Of a DNA stretch of 64,000 nt, positions 34,251-48,535 are shown one piece after another. The notes under the pieces are model-generated. The model did not search any database and had not been told where the DNA came from. It saw only the letters and a program-made list of their open reading frames with translations. The position numbers and the translations under genes are program-made. Origin of the DNA: Raja brachyura (taxonomy: Eukaryota); NCBI GenBank assembly GCA_963514005.1, contig OY740820.1, forward strand, positions 24,056,001-24,120,000, read 5' to 3'. Each line of letters begins with the position of its first letter. The stretch's first letter is position 1.

Positions 34251-34759
34251 GAAGAGTAAGAAGTGATTCGTCTGACACATATCAGACTCTAAGGGGGCAT
34301 GATAAGGTGGATGTGGAGAGGATGTTTCCTCTTTCGAGAGAATCTATAAAGGGAAGAGGCAGAGATACCGTTTGTAAATATGGGGTGATCCCTTTAATAG
34401 AGCAATTAGGCATATGTTTTCTTTCAGAAACTAGTGAATCTTAGGAATTCTGTTGTTCAAAAGGCAGTGGAAGCAAATGTTTTGAATATTTTTACACATA
34501 GATGAATTCTTGATAAACAAGGCAATGACAGATAAGGGGTACTCCCGTAGCTAGAGTTGAAGTAATTGTCAGATCAGCCATAAACTTATTAAATGGTGGA
34601 AACCAAATAGTTTACAGATGCTCCAAAATCATATGAGTGTATGACAGTATATAAAAAGGGCAGGCATTGTTCTTTTGCTACACGGGAAAGTATCATCAGC
34701 TGGAGAGGGTGGTAGAGATAGAAGAGTGAATTAGAGCATTGTGGAAATAATACAGTAGG

Positions 34760-34940
34760 TAGACAGAAAAAGCTGGAGTGACTCAGCTGGACAAGCAGCA
34801 TCTCTGGAGAGCAGGAATGGGTGACATTTCGAAATATCACCCATTCCATCTCTCCAGAGATGCTGCCTGTCCTGCTGAGTTACTCCAGCTTTTTGTATCT
34901 ACCTTCGATTTAAACCAGCATCTGCAGTTCTTTCTTACAC
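34760..34940. mobile_element. Palindromic Penelope pLTR-derived element
   Basis: AAAAAGCTGGAGTGACTCAGC...GAATGGGTGACATTTC|GAAATATCACCCATTC...GCTGAGTTACTCCAGCTTTTT: ~65-bp arms with no spacer. Confidence 0.8.
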
Positions 34941-35174
34941 ATTGTGGCAATAATTATTGTTTTGGGAGACTGAGGAGTATGGAAGGGAAGATCTGTCCGC
35001 TGGTGATATCACATTGGTATAACATAAACTGTGTGCTTATTAATGCACCAACTGGAAAAACCGTCTCAAGACTGAAGATTTCTTCTATCATCCTGCTGTG
35101 AGAATGTTTTAAGCAACATGATGCTTTAATAATGTCCCCCAAAGAGCAAAACTTAGTTGGCGTATGTGGAAGTC

Positions 35175-35600
35175 AAAAGTCAAACAAACTTTATTGTCAT
35201 TTAGAAATACATTGATATGTGCAGTTCCAAACAAAATTACGTTGCATTTGGCTCCCTGTGCAACACAGTAAATTAACAGAAGGATAGGCATGGATGAAAA
35301 GGATAAAAGGATAAATAGACAACGGTGGCAGCCCATTACATGGCTCGTGGGAAGAAGCTGTTGCAGAACCTTGATGTTCTGCTCCTTATGCTGTGATATC
35401 TTTTTCCCGAGGGCAGCAGAGTGAACAGACCGTGATGGAGATGTGTGGGGTGTTTTATAATACTGCTGGCCTTAGACACGCAACGTTTGGTCGCAATATC
35501 CCCGATTGAGGGGAGAGAGGTCCCGATGATTTTTTCCGCTGTCCTCACCACTCTCTGCACAGACTTCCAGTCGGAGGTGACAGCGTCTAATAGCAATGCC
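35175..35600 (-). mobile_element. Rex1/Babar-like LINE 3' fragment
   Basis: KSVQRVVRTAEKIIGTSLPSI...IIKHPTH..HGLFTLLPSGKRY.SIRSRTSRFCNSFFP. Confidence 0.8.
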
Positions 35601-37299
35601 GGTGATCTGACTTCGGTGTTTACCAGTGGATGGCCTCATTACATCGCGTTTCATTAAGTGTTAATCAGGTGATGAACTATCCATGCATTTAATTTGCACG
35701 AAGTGTCTCGATGTAGATCTGCAGTGCATGTTCAGTGCACTGACCAGAAGATGCCAGATTCAATCTTTGTAATGCAATTAATTACTCCCAAGCCCAGTAA
35801 TGAACAGGAACATAATTTCCTGCACTCTTCAGGACGCAGTATGGACCTGAAGAGTGCAGGAAATTATGTTCCTGTTCATTACTGGTATATGCAGAGAGTG
35901 TAGCCGATGCCAAATTAAATCTTTAATTACATCTTGAATATTTTAGTTTTAAACAATAAAAACTGAGAAAACTCATCCTATTGTCTACCTGGAAAGTGAA
36001 ATTATTTTTACATGTTTAGCAATTCTGTGCTAGCAATTTATATTTTTTTACATTTTTACCAATGGTGTTTTGTAAATATCACTTCCCAAGTTTTACATTT
36101 AATTTTAGGATACATACCTCACTGACAAAGCCAGCATTTGTTGCCTGTTATGAATGGCCTAACATGAAATAGAAGAGCTGGAGTTACTCAGCAGGTCGGG
36201 TAACATCCATGGTGAGTGAGAGAAAACATTCTTCCAAAGCAAAGTGCTGTTGATAAAGAATCATTGACCTATAAAGTTAACTCTGATTCTCTGCTGACTC
36301 TCTTTCACTAAACTAAACATCTTCAAACACTAGTGTATGTCTATATATACACTGCTGTTCATTTGAGAGTTACTGCATAGAAGAACAAATATTCTGTTTA
36401 TAGATGAGCCGCTGTGTTTACAGTATGTGCTTATCCTTGCAGCAACATTGATAGAAACCCACAGACACTGCAAGTGCCTATTAGTATTTCCAAAACATCC
36501 CCAACACCAGGATTAAAGGGACTAGTCTGATTTTGCCAGGCATGTCCTTCAACTGTTTTATGAACATTTGAAAGTTTCTCGTCCACTGGCTTGTCACTTG
36601 TAACTAGGATTGAAAGATTATATCCAGTAATTCTGTAACCTCCAGTAACGTTCATTTAATAACACAGCAAGCATCCCATCTAACCCAAAGCATTACCAGC
36701 CTTTCTTGGAACTCATCAATTTTAGATAATTTCATGAAAAGCCAATGAGGATTTCCATAAAGTGTTGCTCCTGCCAGAAACATACTGCCCTGATAGCAGT
36801 GCCAGAGCCCAATCAAACCTTTCCTCAATTTCCCCAGAATCGAGCGAGAATGGGAGCTCATTCCAATGTCATTGTATAATTAATGCCTGAGTTTGAGATG
36901 TATGAGCAGTGAGGGATAAAGAGTAAAAACAGATATTTGTAATGTAAAATGAAAACAGACATTCTGGAAAGATTGTGCTGGTCAGAAAGAGAGATGTAAT
37001 ATTTCGAGTGGAGAACATTTTTTAATCAGTTCTGTGGTTGATGGGGAAAAGACAAGGCTGATCCCAAGGATTAGCTTATTGACAGGGATATACGTTACAG
37101 AAACAGGCCATTTGGCCTATCTCATCCCTGCCAACCGAGATGCCTATCCACACCAATATCCTTTGCCTTACCTATCAATGTACCTACTCACAAAGGGACA
37201 CAGAGTGGTCATAACTCAGCAGATCAGACAGCATTTCTGGAGAACATGGATAGGTGACGTTTCGGGTCAAGACCCTTCTTCACAGTCTTAAACTTGAAG

Positions 37300-37765
37300 C
37301 CTGAGGTCGAGTCTGTCTACTGTGCCATCAATTTTGATGTAATCTGCAAACTTGCTCATCGTGCCATTCCCATCCCAATCATTAATATATATGGTAAAAG
37401 AAGGGACCTACCACTGGTTACAGGTTTCCAATCTGAAAAGCAGCCCTCTACTATCACCTTCTGCCTTGTACCACCAGCTAATTTTGTATCCAATTTGCTA
37501 TCTCTTCCTGGATCCCATTTATTCAAATCTCCGGACCTGCCTACCTTGCAGGACCTTGTCGGAGGCCTTGCCAGAGTCTATGTAGACAAAGCCCTACCTT
37601 TGCCATTCCTCTTCCTCTCCTACTCAAAAAGACTCAACATTTGTGAGACATTATCTCCCACAAAACAAAGTTATAGTCACTATCCCTGAACAGTCCTTGT
37701 CTTTACTAATTCGAATATATCTGGTCCCTCAGAAACCCTTCCATTAAGTTTACCATGACTAATGT
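37300..37765 (-). mobile_element. Degraded CR1 RT fragment
   Basis: AATTTTG...CATCTGCAAACTT-like (KFADD on minus) and GGACCTTGTCGGAGGCCTTGC (KAFDKV on minus) remnants. Confidence 0.55.
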
Positions 37766-38995
37766 AAGGTTCACATGTAGACAAAAGTGCTATAGAAACT
37801 CAGCAGATGCAGCAGCATCTATGGAGCGAAGGAAATAGGCAACATTTCAGGCCGAAACCCAAGGCTCACTATCTGTAGGCCTTGGGTTTGTGCTAAGTGA
37901 AGCTTTCAGGTACGGAAAGGTTTCAATAAGGAATTATTGTATTAGAGTATCTAATGAGGAAACTAAGAATGCAAGGCTCGGGTGAAATGTGAGTGTTCTT
38001 AACTTTTACAATTTACTCCAATCTCTATCACATTGTCAAATCCCAGTTTTTACAATTTTATTTTCTTGGATCCAATCTTTAGCAAATGTGAAGCATCTTT
38101 GGCTGGAGAACAGATAATTGAAGAGAAACAGGAATGGAACCAGTGAGAGGCAGATCCAGCCCAGGGGTGGTGTCGGCCAGCTGCAGGGAAGTTCTGCATT
38201 TACCTCCATGGAGCATTGTAAGCCAAGTATTAGCTCATGGCCTATGACGGAAAAGGGTTACAATTGAAGGCATATTATGGTCGACTGTCAGTATTCCCAA
38301 TTTACAGGTATCCAATGATCCAACATACTGAATGGTGCAATGCATTCACCCCGCCCTTACCATGTTGATATAGGTCTGAGATATTCACAGTCCACAGCTC
38401 TAGTTTTCTATTTAGAGTAGCAGCAAAACATTCAGCCAGACCCCAGAGCCCCTGGCAACTGTAAACATTTGGCTGAACATGGATTTAGAAGGGGCAGGAG
38501 TGTCAGGGGAAATTGTAAAGCAATTTACATGTCAGTAAACTCCCAAATACATAAGCAACAATATTGTTTTCCATGTTATTAAATATTCATAGGACTCCAG
38601 GGTTATTCAACAGTAATATTATTTAAAGTTACAGTGATGAATTGTGATTTCCTTCATAGTCAGTGATTCCCACTTTGTTTTCCTGAAATATATTGCAGAA
38701 GCATTCTGGGTTTTTAGTCTGAGGAGATGTTGACGACAAATGCTTCAGGCAGGGTAGGCGCTGCTCTGGAACTGACTGCTGATAGCTCGAGACAGTTTAT
38801 TGCTGCCCATTACCTCTCTCAGCTTCACAATTCCTCTGAGAATTTCTGTGTCACTTTCATATTGAGGAATGGTTCTGAAAAGACTGAAATCAACTCGTAC
38901 AATGGCACCTGCAGAGAGCTGAGAACATCGCCTTGTCATTCTGTTCATTGGATTTGTCGCAACTTTATTGCAGCTACATTTGAAATATCGAAGGA

Positions 38996-39090
38996 ATGAA
39001 GTATCAGAAATATCTGAGCGTGTTGCAGCTCTCTTTGGGAATAACTCCATCAAACAGGAGCTCAGTGCTGCCTCACAGAAGGGCCCTGTG
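38996..39090 (+). CDS. TJP1: TJP1 distal alternative first coding exon
   Basis: MKYQKYLSVLQLSLGITPSNRSSVLPHRRALW, like long-isoform MKYQKYLTVLQMAIGVTPSNRGSLLPLKRKLW; donor TG|GTGAGT, phase 2. Confidence 0.9.
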
Positions 39091-39858
39091 GTGAGTATCC
39101 CAGTCATCACCATGTTGTACAGCAACCTCTAGTCCTCTGTCAATATTATTAACAGTTTTATTCTGATTTGGAGAAACTAGGGTGTTCAGTATTCTGAGAT
39201 GAAAGATTGGATATAATCTACAAACATTTATCCACCACGCTTCTATTGCCATTGCGTGTGTGTCATTATTTAAAATAGTGAACTCTTTCATTTTTATTTC
39301 TTGGCCTTTTAGTTACTGTCAATCCAAACCCTCTCTTGCAGTCTAAATTATCTCATCTAAATCACTTCCGTCTATAATTTGTGATAAAATACTGAAAGGG
39401 ATGTTTTGTACATTAAACTTGAACTTCTCACTAAATCAACATTTTAATATAACCTCTGTTGACCTATGCAATATGCAGGTCTGATTTGCACCAATTGATG
39501 CTGATAATTCACACGCAACTAATTCTCCCTTCCATATCATGATAATTTATTTTTATATAAGAATTTTCCTCTTGTAACAATATGTTGTTGGTTATTAAGA
39601 GTTTATTAAAACTAATCTCTTACTGTAATCTCATATAGACAATTCAACCTGCACCTTGAGAAAACATATCCCAGGGATAGTCAGTACCTGGAGGAACTGA
39701 TCACAGGGGGATGTGAGAACCAAGTAACATTTTGCACCAACTCACTCATACCCCTCCTCAACGCAAGCCCCTAACCAGTTATTGTGTAGAGGGTTAGTGA
39801 TCTCAGCCCCCTGTACATGGTCTATTGCAATAATAAGGTCAGCTTTGTTTCTCAACAG

Positions 39859-39994
39859 GTTGGTTCCAGACTGTTCTCCGTCACTTGGTGCACTGGACAC
39901 TTGCAATCAAAGGAAACCAAAACTATCATTGAAATGTGTCAAGACTCAAAGTCAACGTTGCAAAAGTCATGGCCATGGGAAATTGCCATTCTGT
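39859..39994 (+). CDS. TJP1: TJP1 distal isoform second coding exon
   Basis: Acceptor TTTGTTTCTCAACAG|G; LVPDCSPSLGALDTCNQRKPKLSLKCVKTQSQRCKSHGHGKLPFC (cf. SQGKPSLRRIKGRLHRSKS); donor |GTGAGT; phases 2-0 fit. Confidence 0.8.
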
Positions 39995-41709
39995 GTGAGT
40001 GCTTTGTTTTATTCTAATTTAAGTTATCTCAGTTCAAAACAATGACCAGCTCAGAATACAAATAGCTGGTCATTGTTTTGCAGCCTTCTTATTGTCCATC
40101 TATCTGCAAAGTGTTGTGTGAACGCACGTTTGTATCTCAATTTCTGCTCCTCTTATAAAATGGAGGCCAGCTGCAAGCAGCCACTGTGCCAAGTTCCACC
40201 TGTTCTACCTGCAGGAGACTTTGTTGATCCTGCATGAATCTCCTAACAACCAAAAGAACCATTATGGAAGCACATCCTTCTTGCCCCATGGTGCCGTCAG
40301 AGAAGACGAAAAGGAAGCCAGCAGGTGGCAGTGTAGCCCTGGGGAATGAAATGTTGCAGACCCGCAAATTTGCTTGATTCTTTACAATGGACCTCACTGG
40401 AAAAGTATCACTATTTCTTTTCAAAATCATCCAAGCCCACTGCCAGGATAAGTGTACCAACACCAGTATTCTCCCCAGGCCAACATCTCTACAACTGAAT
40501 CCCTATTTATATATTAACAAATACACAATGAGTAACTCAGCGGGTCAGGCAGCATCTCTGGAGAACATTGATATGCGACGTTTCGGGTTAGGACCCTTCT
40601 TTCTGAAGGTAACCATCCTCACGGTCTATGATACCACTTACTTTAGTGTCACATGAGCAGGGTCCTAATCCTATTTCCTCACCCCGTTTCATGCTTAATC
40701 CTCCCTTTGTTTATCACCATCTGGCCTGTATATAGTGGTCTTTGCTGGCTTTACTTGGCTCTGTGCCTTAGTCAATAATTCTGGCTGCACATTCCACAAC
40801 CTCAACTCTGTGGCAAACCATTTATTCCCATTATCTACCCTTAAATTTTCTATCAATGCAACCCTTCAGTTTTGGATCTAATTTTAAACCTGTGTTTGCA
40901 TGAAGAAGTGCACTGATTAACCTGAACTTTCCTTCTCTGTCAGCTTAATAGGGGCACAAATGCAAGATGGAGAACTAAAAAATAATTAAATGCATGTAAT
41001 GAAATTAAATTGGAATAAAACACTGATGTTAATGAAGTTACACGACGCAAACACATTGGGTTCATGTCGCCAGTGAAGAACATGTGCCCGCGTTTGCCTA
41101 AGTGGGACTCAAAATCCACCAATCTGGTTAACAAGGGGCAATTAGAAATGGACATTATTTGTTGAATCTAACAACAATATGCACATTCCATGAACACATT
41201 TCCTTTTAAGTTGGTGTATTTTGCAAGGAGAAATGTAGAGATTATATAATCATTTGATAGTTGAAGTCTGTTGAGTGGAAGAGGAAAGAGATCGGAGGGG
41301 AGATATTGACAAACTGTTATAAGCAGCAACGTAAATGAATGCTCTTGGAAATAGTAAGCGGCCTAATTCCATACCCACAAAATCCACGAGTGACTGGAGC
41401 AGATCTTGGTGGCAACTTCACCCAGGGTGCTAGCTCTGACCTGCTTGGCAAGTCTGTGAAGTGCTGGTCCCTGCAGTCCGAATCGGCACCAGGAGGCCAT
41501 GCCTGAAGAAACCCGGAACACACAGAGGCCTTGACAGCAGGTTAAAGCAGAGCCCCATGGTAAACCAGCTGCCACACACCTGCCACGGTTTGATTGTGAA
41601 TATCATTCAAAAACATTCAAAACATTCAAAATCCATTAAAAAAAGTAATTAAAAATAAACATTTTATTAATATGTGAAACCCAGGACAGCGCTGAGATAA
41701 ACATAATCT

Positions 41710-42840
41710 GGATGGTTTGGTGCAGTCTGGTATGTAGGTACAGCAAATCATTTAGAAAGCAAACAGAATGTTATCATTTGTGGCTAGGGCAAAAAATACA
41801 AAAATAGTTTGGCTCTGCTTCATATGGCCTTGGTGAGACCACATCTGGAGTGCTGTGAGAATGAATGGTTTCCTTATTTAAGAAGAAATGTTAATGCTTT
41901 GGATACAGTTCAGAGTAGGATGACAATACAAAGTGTAATGTACTACTGCTATGTTTGCTAATTATACCAACAACAGGTGGATTAGCAAGATATAAGTTGT
42001 GCAAAGGTAAACAGATAGGTTAAATATGTGGGCAAGAGGTTGGCCCATGTTAAGTAATGTGGGAAAATGTGAGGTTCTCTGGAAAGGACGAAAGAATGAA
42101 AAAGCAATTTATTACATAAAAGGAGTGAGATGGTAAAGTGTTGTGGTGTAAAAGGATCTGGGGATCCCAACACATAATATGCAAACAGTACAGCAAGTAA
42201 CAGGGAAGGCTAATGGAACGTCTTTGTTGCAAGCGGTATGGGACATGAGTGCAGGGAAAGTAGACACAAAATGCTGGAGTAAACTCAGTGGGCCAGGCAG
42301 CATCTCTGGAGAGAAGGAATGAGTGGCATTTCGGGCCGAGATCATTCTTCAGACTTGAGAAAGGTCTCAACACAAAACGTTACCCATTCCTTCTCTCCAG
42401 AGATGCTGCCTGTCCCACTGAGTTAATCCAACATTTTGTGTCTATCTTTGGTGTAAATCAGCATCTGCAGTTCCTTCCTACACATGAAAGTAGGGAAGTT
42501 TTGTTGCAATTTTACAGGATGAGGGTGAGACAGCAGATGGAGAGCACTGCTTTCAATGTTGTTCTCTGTATTTAATGATGAGCTTCTATTGGTTCTTAAC
42601 TGGGTCAATTCCTGGGGTGATGTAATTGACATAAAAGAAAGGTTGTGCAGGGTGAATCTCTGAAGGAGAGTTGATATTGTTGAAACGGCACAATTCTGAG
42701 TGGAATTTGTATGATGGATGCTGAGTGGATGCTTCCTCTACTGGGGAGAACTAGGGGCATAGTTTGAGAATAAGGAATTGACTATTTCAAATGCAGAGGA
42801 GGAGGAATTTCTTTTCTCAGAGGGTTATGAATCTTCTGAT
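41710..42840 (+). mobile_element. Degraded CR1 fragments with an inserted palindromic Penelope pLTR-derived element (~42260-42485)
   Basis: GGCCTTGGTGAGACCACATCTGGAGTG; inverted arms AGACACAAAATGCTGGAG.../CATTTTGTGTCTATC. Confidence 0.6.
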
Positions 42841-42854
42841 AGACAGATGTTCGG

Positions 42855-43200
42855 ATACCTCCTCCCTCTATCCTTTCAGGGACCCCAGCAGTCCTTCCAG
42901 GTAAGACAGAGGTTCACATGCACCTCCTCTAACCTTATCTACCTCTTTCAGTGTTCTTGATGTCTCCTTTACATGGAAGAAACCAAGCGTAGACTTGGCG
43001 ACCACTTCACTGAACACGTGCTCTGTCCACCAAGGCCTGATGTATCTCTAGGTTGTTAACTATTTTAACTCCCCTTCCCATTCCCATACTGACCTTTCTG
43101 TCCTGGGTCTCCTCTATTGCTGGAGTGAGGCCACGTGCAAACTGAAGGAACTGTGCCTCATATTCTGCTTGGGTAGCTTACAACCTAATGATGTGAACTG
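42855..43200 (+). mobile_element. Penelope GIY-YIG fragment
   Basis: QGPQQSFQVRQRFTCTSSNLIYLFQCS, then nucleotide similarity to the reverse complement of 33740-34000. Confidence 0.85.
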
Positions 43201-44284
43201 CTGGATGTGAAGCTGCTGTTTCCCACTCTCTTGTTTGACTGCACAACTCTCCCAGTACATGGTAACAAGCGTCGGTGTGATTATATGATTAATTAACCAT
43301 TGTAAATTGACCCGAGTATATGGGTAAGTGATAGAATTGGAGAGGACAGGGTGCAGGAGGATGCAATGGATAGGGACTTCAGTCTTCGACTCGCCGCACA
43401 CCAAAATGACCTCAAGTTATTACCTTAATTTTATGCATGTTTTCCTTCATTCTGGTGGTTCTACCTGTCCCAAGTCCTACTTACTCATCTGTTCCCAAAG
43501 ATATGATGAAAAGAATCGCTTCTTGTCTTCTTGTTGTACATAACCCATCACCCCCACTGCCAGTGCCTTCATTATAAGCCTCCAACATCTCCCTTGTCAA
43601 ATATCCCCTTTCTCCCTTTCACCAAGATCATGATTGTTCAAGGTGCTGTGAACCTTATTCTGTATCTTCTTCACCTCCAACCTTCGGAATACTTTTGTTT
43701 CAATTCAGATAAATTCACTAATTTACCTGACATTCCACCTTGCTTAGTTTTTCTATTACCTAAATTCCTGCTGGCTTTAAAGTGCCGTCTGGCATCACAA
43801 CATCATCTCCTGATTTTTATTTTGCTTCCTCAATTGAACATTCTGTTTATAAGTTGACAGTCACTTTGTGACTTGGAATGGAAAATTCAAAAGTTGAGTT
43901 GAATTTAGCCCTGACCTGCAGCTGACGCATGATTGCCATGTGGGATCGAATGGCAAAGCTATCTGTACCTGACCTGCTCCTTTATTTATACATCCTGAAC
44001 CTCTGCTTCCTAATGATCAAAGATCTGGGGCACACTACAGCAGGCTAATTTTGGATTCCTCTTGGGATTTTCCGATTGTTCAAAATTTAATGAGATCGGG
44101 AAGTGTGTCCTTGGCCTTCCAGTCCCTGTTCTTTGAGTTGATTGATGTGCTGAGCAGCGCACACAGTGTTTTGCAGATTAGGCAGGAATGTAGCAGTAAT
44201 TTCAGCAATGTGTGAACTATATCTCCCAGCCCCAGGGCTGCTAAGCTGCATAAAACAGCCACTCTACAGTCATAACTACTTTCC

Positions 44285-44378
44285 TCACCCACACACAAGC
44301 AAACACATACACATGTGCAGAGGTACACACATATACATATGAATGTGTATTGACACACTCAGACAGGCACACACACAA
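44285..44378. repeat. Degenerate (CA)n-rich microsatellite
   Basis: ACACACAAGCAAACACATACACATG...CACACACA. Confidence 0.6.
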
Positions 44379-45279
44379 AACCGTGTACTGTACATCCGGG
44401 CAGGCTGACGTACACCATTGAGACGAGACTGTGTATGTAAGAAGGAACTGCAGATGCTGGCGTAAACCAAAGAGACGGACAGGACAGATGGAAACGGGTA
44501 CAGAACTCAGTACAATTCATACAAACTCCACCATGTATATGAAACACATTTGCAGTATAACATAATTATTAAATCATCATGTCAATAATTGATCTGCAAT
44601 CCTTTAGCAAAAGTATTTGTGTTTATGATAAAGATAGTTGCAGTGATATGCAAAGTTATTAATAGTTACTGTGGTATCAGCAATTCCCCACCCCATGCAA
44701 ACTCAACCACAACTGATCTACTGCAGGCTTTCTCTGTTGTTTCTCTGAAAATCCTTCTGTCAGTGTCACAGGAAGGTCGTAACAATGGAGCTTATTCATG
44801 CTTCCTGATAGAGGACAATTGAAGAGTTTCCTGGTCGGTGTAACGGCTGCTGTACAAGTGGAACCATAATTTTGTCTGTACAGTGAGAACCCTGATGTAC
44901 TGAGAGACCCAGAGCTTTATTGAAACAAGCGAAGAAGAATTGGAAATTGAACTCAATGTGCCAGAAATAGAAAATATGTGACTCACTTCTATCACTCTAT
45001 TGTGGAAGTCCCTTCATCAAGTGGTTTGCAATTCTAGATTCTCATGGACATTGAACAACATAAAAAACAGAATCAAGCAAACGTGTAGAGTTTGTGAAGA
45101 TACCGAAAGCTAGCTTCACAGAAAGCTTTGAAGAGTTTACAAAGTGCAAAGGAAAATTAAGAAGAACAAGCAGGGCAAAGAGAATGCATTAAAACATTTT
45201 TAGGTTAAATCTTGAAATATTCTATAAACTAATGAAGGAAAAGACAGTTTGGAAGTAAGTGGTTCCTTTTAGAGACCAT

Positions 45280-46030
45280 AAGAACTAAGAGCTTAAGAAG
45301 CCCATTAAGGCTCTTGTTCCTGTTCCAACATTCAGTAACTCAACCTTGTTCTTTTACCCAGAGTCATTTTCCTGCACAAAGCTCATATCTTCTGATTTCC
45401 TTAACATCTTAAAATATTTAAATCTCTGTCTTGAAAATGCTCAGGACTGATCCTCCACGAACTTTTGGAGCAGAGAATTTCAAACATTCATTATCCTTTG
45501 GGGAAGAAATTTGTTCTTATCGCCGTTCTGAATGCCTGACCTCTTAAAGCTGTGATCCCTAGATCTAGATACCCCAGCATGGGGAAATTTTAACACCACA
45601 TTTCTCTGTAAGCACCTGAAGAGTTTTCTATGCTGCAGTGAGATAATCTCTTATTCTTTAAAACTCAATAGAGTGCAGGCTCATCTGCGTACGCTCTCCT
45701 CGCGCAACTAACCTGAAACACAGAAATCAATCTGGCAAACCTCTGTTGTCCTTTCTCTATCTAAATATATATATTTTCTTAGTTGGGGAGAGCTGACCTG
45801 TATAAAAAGCCTACAAATTGTTTCTCCAGAGTTCTGTATAAATAAAGTAACACATCTCTAAATTAAATTAAATTCTCCTCAACAAAGGTCAACCTATTGC
45901 TAGCTTTCCGAATTACCTTTTGTAGCTGCACATTAAATTTCAGTGAATTATGTACAAAGACAGCCAGGTCTTTCTGAACACTAACACCTATCAATCTCCA
46001 GCCAGTTAAAAATATTTTGACGTTGCATGT
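45280..46030 (-). mobile_element. Highly degraded CR1 3' fragment
   Basis: CATAAGAACTAAGAGC tail; GCAGAGAATTTCAAACATTCA and CCCCAGCATGGGGAAA are reverse complements of CR1 3' motifs. Confidence 0.55.
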
Positions 46031-48535
46031 TTTCTACCAAAGTGGGTGGCTTCACATTCCCCATATTTGTCCTCCTCACTATAACTGCTCATTTAGTTTG
46101 TCCGGTTTTCTTGATTGTTATTACTCTTCTTACACGTTCCTCTACTTTCCCAAGTTAGCATTGCTGTTTGGGATCTATGTACAAATCCCACCATTTGTTT
46201 CTGCTTCCTAGTTCCCGGACTTCACTCAAAATAATTTTCTCTCCTTCATTTTCAGAAGTTAATCCAATTCCTCCACTGCAATTTTTTGCAACTAGTTCCA
46301 CAAATCAACATCTATTTAGATGCTTAACATCTTCCAGGAGAAATGAAGCATATTTAATTTTATGCAAAACATAAGCTACAAATGAGAGTTGGCTTATGGA
46401 TCTCTGTGAGAGTGGAAGGCAGGAAACCACAGGAAGTTGTATCTGAAACACTTGTGGTTACAGAATTTCCGGCCAAATTTCCTACTGTAACCGAGATTGG
46501 GCGTCTTGTGTGAAGTTCTTGGTCTTAGAATTGTGTAGTTTGTTCTTTTATTTTTCTTCTGTCTTCATGCTGGATTTTAATCCATCGCTTCAGCTGGTAC
46601 CATTTAGCAGTTCACTGCAGATAAAGGGCAGCATTGCAGGAGCCGGCTAAACAGCAGAGGCAGCACTGCAGCAGCAGTAGGGGTCATATAGCACATTATT
46701 GGCAGCACTACCGCAGCAGATGTACTTGCAGGGGGAACAGCATAGCTGCAGAGGCATTTCAGGGACAGTGTTGTCATTGCCAAGGCATGGGCAGTGGTGT
46801 AGGAGCAGGGGCCAGGGTGGTGCTCTGGCTGCAGAAGCACTGCTGCTGCAGAAACTGCAGCATTATAGGAACACAAGTTGGTCCATTGACGAAGAGTATT
46901 TGTAAATCAAGGCTTCTTAGCTGGCAAAAAAAAAATGTTTTGGAGAAAGCTGTGATCTCTGATCTTTGTTATTCTTCAGTGACTGGAAAATACTACCAAT
47001 ACTGCCTCCAAGTTCACTGGGAGGATTTGTGAACCATCATCAGCTTTCTCTCCTACTTCAACCTCTGCAGCATTGAGGTTCTAGTCATTCCCAGTTGGTA
47101 ATGTTATACAGGCCATGTTGTTTGTATGTTTAACACAAGGTACCAAAGACAGAACCAATATTCCCAGCACCCTTGTAAGAGGCTGTTATTTGTTGAACAG
47201 AAGAACAAATTCAAGAAGGTGATCTTCTGGGAAAAAATAAAACATTCCAACTAACTCCAGGAATGTCCAGCCCACAATTGTTCAAAGTGGAGTATGGTTT
47301 TGAGAACTTATAGCCATGCATTAGGAATCCACAGAAATCCTGCTCCAGCAACAGGAGCACACCACCTCACAAACTGTCAGCCTATCCGTCAGCTTCATAT
47401 CTGACAAAAATAAACAGTTGACTCAGCCCTCCTGTCCCATTTGAGGAAGAACTATGGGTCATCTTGGCCATCTCAGAACCCAGTACAGAAGCAAGTTATT
47501 CTTAATCTTGAGATACAGTGTAACAATAACAAGGAACAGGAACTGCACCTACTACAGCATTCAATGAGATCGTGGGTTATTTTTCAGCAGTACTACTTTC
47601 ACACATATATCTACAGTTGTTTTCATAATATCCACAAATCTATGAATCAATATTTTAAATATATTTAGTGATTGAACCACCACTGCATCTTGGATGGAGA
47701 AGTCCCAACAGTGAAGACTATCTGGGTGAATACATTTCTTCCTCGCCCTGTCACAAATGATTAGTACTATATCTTGAGTCAGTAACCCCTGGTTTTAGAC
47801 ATCCCAGTCAGGAAAAATATTATCCCAACAACTCTCCGGCCCTACTAATATTGTTTCTTGTTTCTGGGGCCAAGCGATTTGTTGAAGGCTACAGCAGGAA
47901 CAGCATCCGAGATCAGTCCACCATTGCAACTGCTGAGTGAAGTAGACAGCAGCACCTTTATCAATCCTGTAGTTAGACCGTCACCAACAGTCAAGTTTAT
48001 TGCAGTGAAATGAAAAGTGGCAGTGCCTGTGGACTTTGTGCAAAAAAACAAACAATCATGGAACAGAACAACACAACTGCTTTAAATTAAGTGGTCAATA
48101 TCCCGTAAAAGAAAATGAAATTGAGATTTGCAGTTTAGTTTCTTGTCACATGTACCGAGGTTTTTATTGAGTGCTATCCAGTCACCAGAAAGACAATACA
48201 TGATAACAATCGAGCCATTTACAGTGTATAGATACATGAAAAGGGAATAATGTTTAGTGCAAGGTAAAGCCAGCAAAGTTTGATCATGGATAGACTTGAG
48301 GGTCACCAAAGAGGTAGATAGTAGTTCAGCACTGCTCTCTGGTTGTTATAGAATAATTCAGTTGCCTGATAACAGATGGGATGAAACTGTCCCTGAATCT
48401 GGAGGTGTGGAAGATTTAGATTATGCATTGACAGGAGGCTCTTTTCTTGGGAGTCACTCAACTTGGCTTAGATCCACAAACAAATAAACCGCTGGAGGAA
48501 CTCAGCCACCGTCCATGAAGGTGGAGATTGGATCA

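Noticed and set aside
46604-47032. Gln/Cys/Ala-rich ORFs on both strands
   Set aside because: Degenerate GCA/CAG low-complexity tract with no splice or homology support.
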